Positions 53,901-64,000 of a DNA stretch of 64,000 bases are shown here, piece after piece. Position 1 is the stretch's first letter; each line of letters opens with the position of its first letter. The position numbers were made by a program, and so were the translations under genes. This DNA comes from Eledone cirrhosa (Eukaryota). The stretch is from positions 56,916,001 to 56,980,000 of the forward strand of contig OZ024743.1 of assembly GCA_964016885.1 (NCBI GenBank), written 5' to 3'. Below the pieces are notes generated by a model that did no database searches, was not told the DNA's origin, and was given only the letters and a program-made list of their open reading frames with translations.

Positions 53901-56750
53901 AATAACAACAGTAACAACATCTACAGCAGCAACAGCAGCAGTAACAACAATAGCAACAGTAACAACAGCAACTACAGCAGCAACAGCAGCAGTAACAACA
54001 ATAACAACAGTAACAACAACATCTGCAGCAGCAACAGCAGCAGTAACAACAATAGCAACAGTAACAACAACATCTACAGCAGCAACAGCAGCAGTAACAA
54101 CAATAGCAACAGTAACAACATCTGCAGCAGCAACAGCAGCAGTAACAACAATAGCGACAGTAACAACAACATCTACAGCAGCAACAGCAAAAACAACAAC
54201 AACAGCAAGAACACCAGAAACTACAGCAGTAGCAATTACAGTAGCAATAGCAGCAATAGCAACAGCAGCAACAGCAGCAACAGCAGCAACAGCAGCAATA
54301 GCAACAGCAACAGCAGCAACTACAGCAGCACCTGCGGCAATAACAACAGCAACAACAACAATTACAACAGCAGTAGCAAAAACAACAGTAACCGCAATAG
54401 CAACAACAACAACAACAACGACAACGATAACAGTAACAACAACGCAAGAACAACAACAGTAACAACAACAACAACAATAACAACGACAACAGTAACCACA
54501 ATAACAACAGTAACAACAACAACAACAACAGTAACAACGACAACAGTAACAACAACGACAACGACAGTAACAACAACAACAACAACAGTAACAACAACAA
54601 CAACAACAACAGTAACAACAACAACAGCGACAACAGTAACAACAACGACAACAGCAACAACAACGACAACAGTAACAACAACAACAGTAACAACAACAAC
54701 AGTAACAACAACAACAGTAACAACAACGACAACAGTAACAACAACAACAGTAACAACAACAACGACAACAGTAACAACAACGACAACAGTAACAACAACA
54801 ACAGTAACAACAACAACAACAGTAACAACAACGACAACAACAACAGTAACAACAACGACAACAGTAACAACAACAACAGTAACAACAACAACGACAACAG
54901 TAACAACAACGACAACAGTAACAACAACAACAACAGTAACAACAACAACAACAACAGTAACAACAACGACAACAGTAACAACAACAGTAACAACAACAAC
55001 AACAACAGTAACAACAACGACAACAGTAACAACGACAACAGTAACAACAACAACAGTAACAACAACAACAACAACAACAACAACAGTAACAACAACAACG
55101 ACAACAGTAACAACAACAACGACAACAGTAACAACAACAACGACAACAGTAACAACAACAACGACAACAGTAACAACAACATCTACAGCAGTAACAACAT
55201 CTAAAACAGTAACAACAGCAACTACAGCAGAAACAGCAGAAACAGCAGCAGTAACAACAATAGCAACAGTAACAACAACATCTACAGCAGCAACAGCAGC
55301 AGTAACAACAACATCTACAGCAGCAACAGCAGCAGTAACAACAATAACAACAGTAACAACATCTACAGCAGCAACAGCAGCAGTAACAACAATAGCAACA
55401 GTAACAACAGCAACTACAGCAGCAACAGCAGCAGCAGTAACAACAATAACAACAGTAACAACAACATCTGCAGCAGCAACAGCAGCAGTAACAACAATAG
55501 CAACAGTAACAACAACATCTACAGCAGCAACAGCAGCAGTAACAACAATAGCAACAGTAACAACATCTGCAGCAGCAACAGCAGCAGTAACAACAATAGC
55601 GACAGTAACAACAACATCTACAGCAGCAACAGCAGCAGTAACAACAATAGCAACAGTAACAACAGCAACTACAGCAGCAACAGCAGCAGTAACAACAATA
55701 ACAACAGTAACAACAACATCTACAGCAGCAACAGCAGCAGTAACAACAATAGCAACAGTAACAACAACCACTGCAGCAGCAACAGCAGCAATAACAACAA
55801 TAGCAACAGTAACAACAGCAACTACAGCAGCAACAGCAGCAGTAACAACAATAATAACAGTAACAACAGCAACTACAGCAGCAACAGCAGCAGTAACAAC
55901 AATAACAACAATAACAACAACGTCTGCAGCAGCAACAGCAGCAGTAACAACAATAGCAACAGTAACAACAGCAACTACAGCAGCAACAGCAGCAGTAACA
56001 ACAATAACAACAGTAACAACAGCAACTACAGCAGCAACAGCAGCAGTAACAACAATAACAACAATAACAACAACGTCTGCAGCAGCAACAGCAGCAGTAA
56101 CAACAATAGCGACAGTAACAACAACATCTACAGCAGCAACAGCAGCAGTAACAACAATAGCAACAGTAACAACAGCAACTACAGCAGCAACAGCAGCAGT
56201 AACAACAATAACAACAGTAACAACAACATCTACAGCAGCAACAGCAGCAGTAACAACAATAACAACAGTAACAACAGCAGCAACAGCAGCAACAGCAGCA
56301 GTAACAACAATAGCAACAGTAACAACAGCAACTACAGCAGCAACAACAACATACAGCAGCAACAGCAGCAGTAACAACAATAGCAGCAGTAACAACGGCA
56401 ACTACAGCAGCAACAACAACATACAGCAGCAGCAGCAACTACATACAGCAGCAGCAACTACTGCTACAGTAGCAACAACAACACGAACAACAATAACAAT
56501 AGCAACTACAGCAGCAACTGCAGCATCACCAGCAACAACAACAGTAACAACAACAACAGCAATGGCAACTATACAGAAACAATAATAACAGAAACAACAG
56601 CAGCAACAACAACTGCAACAACAACGACAGCAGCAACAACAACAGCAACTAAAACAACAGCGGCAACAGCAGCAACAATAACTGCAACAACAACGACAGC
56701 AGCAACAATAACAGCAACGATAACAGCAACAACAACTACAACAACAACTG

Positions 56751-56782
<32 letters not shown>

Positions 56783-56918
56783 AAACAGCAGCAACAATAG
56801 CAGCAGCAACAACAGCAGCAACAACAGCAATAACAGCAGCAACAGCAGCAACAACAGCTGCAACAACAACAACAATAACAGCAACAACAACAGCAACAAC
56901 AGCAACAACAACAGCTGC

Positions 56919-56958
<40 letters not shown>

Positions 56959-57890
56959 GCAACAGCAGCAGCAACAGCAGCAACAACAACAGCAGAAACA
57001 GGTACAACAATAACTACAACAATAGCTACAACAGTATAGCGGCAACAGCAACAACTACAGCAGCAGCAACGACAGTAACAGCAACAGCAGCAGCACCAAC
57101 AACAGTTGCAACAGCAATAAGAACAGCAGCAACAACAAACAACAGCAGCAACAACAACAGTAGCAACAAAACATACAGCAACAACAACTACAGCAGTAGC
57201 AACTACAGCAGTAATAACAAATATAGCAGCAGCAACTCCAGCAGCAACAATAACATACAGCAACAGCAACTACAGCAGTAATAACAAATACAGCAGCAGC
57301 AACAATAACATACAGCAACAGCAACTACAACAGCAGCAACTACAGCAGTAACAACAAATACAGCAGCCGCAGCAACAGCAGCAACAGCAAACAGCAGCAG
57401 CAACTACAGCAGCAACTACAACAGCAACAACAATTACAGCAGCAACAACTGTAGCAACAATAACATACAGCAACAACAACTACAGCAGCAGCAACTAAGC
57501 AGTAATAACAAATACAGCAGCAGCAATTACAGCAGTAACAAGAACTACAGCACAGCAACTACACCAGCAACAACAATGACATCAGCAACAGCAAACAGCA
57601 GCAGCAACAACAAACAGCCACAGCAACAACAGTGAAAATAGAGCAGTGAAAATAGCCTCAATAAAAACAACAACAATAACAACAGCAACACATACATAAG
57701 CAGTAATAACAATTACAGCAGTAGTGACAACAGCAACAACTTCAACAGCAATTGTAGCAGTAGCAATAATAATAACAATAACAACAGCAGCAGCAACTAC
57801 TGAAGTAGCAATAATAATAATATCATCATCATCATCATCATCAGCAACAACAACTGCAGCAGTAGTAGTAGTAGTAGTAGCAACAACAAC
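50970..57890. repeat. ~7-kb compound CAA/CAG/TAA triplet field with higher-order units
   Basis: Triplet periodicity, ~51-bp superunits and a ~1.45-kb internal duplication. Confidence 0.95.
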
Positions 57891-58016
57891 TGGAAGATTG
57901 TCTCCCTTTGATAACAACGGCCATGTTCAGTTGTTTAGCGATCTGCGGAAGATTTCTTTAAAAAACGGTTCAAATAATATTGAATAATATCAATTTCCTT
58001 ATCATACAGAAAAGAT

Positions 58017-58425
58017 CTACCCCCGGGTATCGAATAATCTCCCTCATCCCCACCGCTTATTGATTTTTCAGATATTTACCACCCTCCGTCCCCATCACCT
58101 ATTAAATTTTACTAATCTATCTCCGACGAAATTTAATTTGCGCGGTAGCATTCCTGCGACAATTAATTTTCTTTATACATTGAAAATAAAATATTATACA
58201 TGACAAAAACAGTACATTACTGGGAATCACATATGTTATAAAATAAGTAGGATGGGTTGGAGTCTCAATATATAAACTAAACGACTAATTCTGGTTTAAA
58301 AAAAAAAATCAACGGAGACAACCTAGAAACATTACTGATTTTCCACCTCCTGCTTATTCCATGCCTCACATATTCCAACTGCCCCGCTTATTCCACCAAC
58401 CCCCTATTATTTGGGACCCGAGATT
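58017..58425. mobile_element. Possible DNA-transposon-derived MITE
   Basis: Imperfect inverted ends ctacccccgggtatcgaataat / attatttgggacccgagatta, with subterminal cccc.cttatt repeats. Confidence 0.4.
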
Positions 58426-60554
58426 AGATAATGTGTGATAAATAGTTTGAATATCAATTGGTTTATAATAAAGATGATATCAACTTAATGTGTAGTACGC
58501 ATTAGAACGCAGGATAGTGTGCTTCGTAGTTTTATTTTCTACTCTCTATGCTGTTGAATTCAAATCACGCTGAGGTCAATTTTGCTTTCCACCCTTTCGA
58601 GGTCTATAAATAAAGTACGGTTTCAGTACTGGAGTCGATTCTTCTTCCATTTCTCTTTCTCACTTCCTCACATTATCTTTCTCTCCCCCTCCTCCCCCTC
58701 TCTCTCTTTTTCCCCAGAAGAAATCAGCTAGTTCAGTCCAGGAGAAGGATGGGCTCCACCAGGTTAAAATGGTGCCCACTCAACTTCATTAAGAGTTAAT
58801 GACCTCACATGCACACATGTCTTTGTTACAATTGATACGAGAAAATCTGTATAAGGAGATAGAGATAGTAAAAATGGAGAGGAAACGTAAAGAATCACAG
58901 GAAAGAAAATTACGAATAGTTTAATAACCAGTAAGAATGGCTGCTTTTCTAGTTAGTAGTCAATTAAATATTAACGAACAGAGTATACAATAATGAAAGC
59001 ATGACTTGAAGATGTTAATCAGTTCGTAATAATCGTTTTGATTTATGCTCACTTCTCACTGTATGGCATTCAAAGACTCGCTAGATTTTCTTCAGACTTC
59101 GGTCTATCATGACAAACTTCATTGCCATTAGGTTTATAACATTTCGACTGGAAATATCTTTGAAGTTATTGCGGATATTTTAATGTTCCCAGAGATATAA
59201 TTATAGTCACAGAGAATCACTGGAATTCGAGAACTATAATTGTACAAATTTTCACAAATCTTCCTTTGTCTTTAATGTCTGCTATTTAGTAACACTTCAT
59301 CGTCTTAAGATGTGAATGGCTTTGTGGATGGATGGAGAGGTGCAACAATTCGGTTTCCTTGATATAATGATTATGTATTTGTCCTGTTATAGAAAAACCG
59401 AATCTGGGTATTTAACACTATAGGATAGCCCTGCCATATGTTACGCTTCTATCTATGCGCTTCATTCTCCAAAATAAAATTATTTCAAATTAAAGTTGAA
59501 TAAGTTGACGAACAAGTTTTTCTACTTCTTTCCATAACCACACTAAGAAAATTACATTTTCACACCCATCTTCACCAAATCATATGACAGGTCATAACAC
59601 CATACGACTCTCTCCACCACATTGGATATTTCCACAAGACTGTTACGCAGCAAAGATGTTTACCTATTTGTTTATACAAAATTTTATAAAACTGTGAAGC
59701 TTTAAGGTTGTGTAATGGGCCTGAGGTGCACCCTAGGCAGCCGCTTAGTCGGTTTTGATAGTAAGGAATGTTTTCAAGGTGTTTGTTCATGGAATCAGTG
59801 TACGATCTTGCAATGATGAGTACTATTAGTAATAAAATTACCATGACTAGCGCTAACAAATGTCATACGCTTATGACATATCACAGCTTATGACATGTAC
59901 CATATGTCACAATATACTTTAGAATAATGTACAATAGTTGTAATGCTGAACACTGAATCTTTGGATTCATTCATGTCATAGTTCTGCCAATAATGGTCTC
60001 TGATTTAGACATAAGGCCAACAATATTTTGGGAAAGGGAAAGTCGATTAAGTCGACCCCAGTGCATTACTGGTACTTTATTTTATTGATTCTGTAAGGAT
60101 GAAAGGCAAAGCTAACCTCGGCGGAATTTGAACACAGCGCGTAAAGGATCATAACTCTATATCGTGAAGCATGTGGCCCGACGCTCTACCGATTCTGCCA
60201 ATCTACCGTCCCTTTGATAATAATAGTTTCTGATTTAGACACAAGGGCAACAATGCTGGGGGACGGGTAAAGTCGATTCAATTGGCCCATTGCGTTACTG
60301 ATATTTCATGTTATCGACCCCGTAAGGATAGAAGGCAAAGCTAATCTCAGTGGGGTTTCAACTCTGGACGTAAAGGGATGTAGCTACATGCCGCAAAGCA
60401 TGTTGTCCGACGGTAAGAAATAATAAAAAGCGGATTTTTAAGCTAGAAAAAGTTAAAACAAAGAATAAAAGAGAAGAGAAGCAGCAAGGGGTGGTAGTAG
60501 AAAGGAAAAGGATGTGTGGCCAAGAGACAAATAGAGAGACAGAAATTGATACAT

Positions 60555-60597
<43 letters not shown>

Positions 60598-60725
60598 ATA
60601 TATAGGATTCCAGTTCCTCGTAGGACTAACAACACATCCAGGAGCTGGACATATCGATGAATTGACAGAGTGGAACACACACATTTCAACACCATGTTTA
60701 CCTGTTCTTTCTACATTAATTCGTA

Positions 60726-60778
60726 CTGCCTGAAGAGGTCACAGCCAATAATAGCTGTCACTGAAATATATATAGCAG
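60726..60778 (+). ncRNA. Near-canonical minimal type I hammerhead ribozyme (Penelope type)
   Basis: CTGC CTGAAGA GGTcACAGC-caataata-GCTGTcACT GAAA TATATA TA GCAG. Intact core, 4-bp stem I, 9-position stem II with one mismatch, palindromic stem III, AUA triplet with predicted cleavage after 60774. Confidence 0.75.
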
Positions 60779-61531
60779 ATAATAAACGAAGCCAAATTTA
60801 ACATGTTTGACTTACTTATTTTACATTACTCCGGAGTAAACAAACCAACCTGCGTACTTCGTCGAGTGCCCCACCCTGCATTTTGTTTATCGTGAATTCG
60901 TGAGCTGATTTTTCGATACTCGATTATTCTATTATATTTAGCTCTAGACATAGCTATTGACCAGTTAATTTTATTGTTCATTTTTGTCGATTCTATTGAA
61001 TGATGAATAGCTCCTGTTTATTTTAACATGTCTATCGAGCACTCTTATTCGATATGTGTATTACACATTCTCGATTATCTTTCGCGAATATAGAGGTTAT
61101 CTCCCTTGCTAGACTCCATGTGCGTTTAGCTATAGTTAATTTCTTCATTCGTCGGACAATGGCCCGTTGATAAAGTTATTCCGGTCCCTCTTCTCCCTAG
61201 AAGTCTTATATATTTTTATGTGGGCTGATAGGGGGCGGATTAAGGAATAGCAGAAACCCAAGAAGCTAGATTTACCATCTTTCTAGTGGGTCCGGGTAAG
61301 CTTTTTACATTCATATGATTTATTGATCTATTGATATTTTATCTGAGTGACCCGAATCTTCTTGGTCGTAATTTTTCGGCTGCACGGGTGATTTTAGGCA
61401 TACTCTTTGTGTGTTGGTATCTTAACGATAGTTATAGCTCTGATTTATCTCAATTATTGAGCCCTCTGCCACTCATGTCGGATTTTGTTTATCGTGAATT
61501 CGTGAGCTGATTTTTCGATACTCGATTATTC

Positions 61532-61590
<59 letters not shown>

Positions 61591-61648
61591 ATAAAGAGAG
61601 ACGAACATAGATATATATATCTATATATCTATGTTCGTCTCTCTTTAT

Positions 61649-61702
<54 letters not shown>

Positions 61703-61846
61703 ATAAAGAGAGACGAACATAGATATATATATATATGCGTTCAAATCACAAGGAACAAAAATCCGCCAAGGAGAAGCGAATACTGATTAAAGATAATACG
61801 GTTGACAAGGATAAATAAGATTTACAAACTGATTATGACAACTATC

Positions 61847-61926
61847 AACATCCAGACTGCTTTGGGTAGAACTGTTTCAAAAATCAGTGGAGAGAGTTAG
61901 AGATATCATGCTCTTCAGTGGATGTT
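61847..61926 (-). ncRNA. Candidate type I hammerhead ribozyme with degenerate stem II
   Basis: AACATCCA CTGAAGA [33 nt] GAAAC [16 nt] GTC TGGATGTT. Perfect 8-bp stem I, intact core, GUC triplet. Confidence 0.6.
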
Positions 61927-61969
61927 CAGATCAGTAATCCCTCCACTACTAATTTTCTTAGAAAATTGA

Positions 61970-62405
61970 ATAATTGTTTCTACTTTATGGCACAAGGCCA
62001 GCAATTATTCCAGTGCATTACTGGTACTTTATTTTATCGACCCCGTAAGGATGAAAGGCAAAGTTTACCTCGGCGGGATTTGAACTCAGATCGTAAAGGG
62101 GCGTAACTCTATGCTAGAAGACTAAATTATTGTTTCTACTTTTGGCACAAGGCCAGCAATTATCCCAGTGTATTACTGGTACTTTATTTTATCGACCCCG
62201 TAAGGATGAAAGGCAAAGTTAACCTCAGCGGGATTTGAACTCAGACCATAAAGAGCCGTAACTCTTTTGCTGGAAAGCATGGCATCCGACCCTCTACCGA
62301 TACTGCCAATCCACCACCCTAGCATGGCGTCCGACCCTCTACCGATACTGCCAATCCACCACCCTAGCATGGCGTCCGACCCTCTACCGATATTGCCAAT
62401 CCACC
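61970..62405 (-). mobile_element. Tandem SINE copies with a triplicated 45-bp head segment (62276-62405)
   Basis: SINE consensus plus (agcatggcgtccgaccctctaccgatactgccaatccaccaccct) x3. Confidence 0.8.
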
Positions 62406-63418
62406 GCTGCGAGTTTGTTAAGAGAGAGCAATCGCACATGGTATTAACTTTAGTCCGTATTCATATCAACCGTATTATCTTTAGTCAGTATTCACTTCAG
62501 CCTGGCGGTTTTTTGTTCCTTGTGATTTGAATGCATATATGTATATGTGTTCGTCTCTCTTTATGGTATTATTAGGCTCAGAAATAAAGTAGGTCGATAA
62601 AATAAAGTACCAGTAATACACTGGGTATTTGCTGGCCTTGTGCCTAACGTAGAAACAATTATTAGGCTCATAAATTTTTTTCCTTGAGCTGCTTTGATTA
62701 TGAGGGACTAATTTGAGTTTTTAACTCAATATATACTTTTGATAAATTGAGCTCCTACGCTTTTATATATATATATATATGTATGTATATGTATGTAGGA
62801 TGAAAATTAACAAAGAGAAGACAAAATAAAGAACGAAAACAAGGCAAAACGAAAAACAATTAATTTTTGAAAATAAGCATACAAACGAAAGACTTGGAAC
62901 TACAGAGACTTCAGCCGTTGAGATGAACTTTGGTAGTTTCGACCCCTTCCAAAGGTACTGCTGGTCCAAACCGGGGGCACAGTACTGACAGAAGCTAAAA
63001 CACAGTCCATGGAGTAAGAGACAAGACAAAACAATAGTTCATAGCAATTAAGTTATAATATGTATATATATATCAAATCCCAACTAACCAGACTAATTCT
63101 ATGTAGTCAAATACGGCGTAAGCACATGTTACTACCTAATTTTTAAATTCGCTAGCCATTTGTAAAAAAGCCTGCTTTGCGTCTCCCTATTTATATACAT
63201 ATATATACCTGCTATGGTTATATAGGATCTAATTGAATGGAAGGAAGCATGGGTGACGTGTTGGTGTAATGGTAACACATTGGTCCGGCATTCCATTCAG
63301 AGGGTTTTTTTAAATGCCAACTAACAGACTAATTCTATGTAGTCAAATACGGCGTAAGCATTTGTTACTACCTAAATTTGCTAGCCATTTGTAAACAAAG
63401 CCTGCTTTGTGTCTCCCT

Positions 63419-63507
<89 letters not shown>

Positions 63508-63715
63508 CAAGTATAAGGGAGTGCTGAAAAGTTCCTGGTTTTGGGTAAAAGAAAATATAGGAGGATCAGTAAATAAGGATTTTATTCAACATATTCCCCT
63601 CTCAGATTCACACACTTATTGCTGAGCTCCTACCTCCCCTGTAAAGGTAACAGCCCTACCCTTTTGTGATACCCTTAAAGCCAGGAACTTTTCAGCACCC
63701 CCTCGTATATATAGG

Positions 63716-63952
<237 letters not shown>

Positions 63953-64000
63953 ATAGGTACGGGTTCATAATGTGGAAGTTGATAATATTTATATTAGCAG

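Noticed and set aside
50364-57987. Very long ORFs (up to 1182 aa) of poly-L/C/V/Y
   Set aside because: They are translations of penta- and trinucleotide repeats that lack stops in some frames; the composition switches as the repeat register shifts.

Overview
Eukaryotic, AT-rich, microsatellite-dense DNA. The SINE and microsatellite landscape looks like an octopus or other coleoid cephalopod, but the taxon is an inference. The only host gene is a cyclin Y (CCNY) orthologue on the + strand. Seven coding exons (5081-27085) splice in frame through canonical GT-AG introns to give a ~299-aa partial protein; the first coding exon is not seen and presumably lies upstream of the window. Everything else is repetitive: an ~8.5-kb 46-bp satellite inside a CCNY intron, 20/24/25-bp minisatellites, a ~7-kb CAA/CAG triplet field, tRNA-derived SINEs, RTE, CR1/L2-like and R4-like LINE fragments, mariner, pogo and piggyBac-like MITEs, and a truncated Penelope-like element retaining a frameshifted GIY-YIG endonuclease. 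The most notable hidden signal is a set of at least five independent hammerhead-ribozyme-like folds, all beside (TA)n tracts. One is near-canonical, one is a U3-A8 compensatory variant, and several share a U.U pair at the base of stem II. Two are built as palindromes inside one CCNY intron. All folds were derived by eye and ribozyme activity is untested. Most listed ORFs are microsatellite artefacts.
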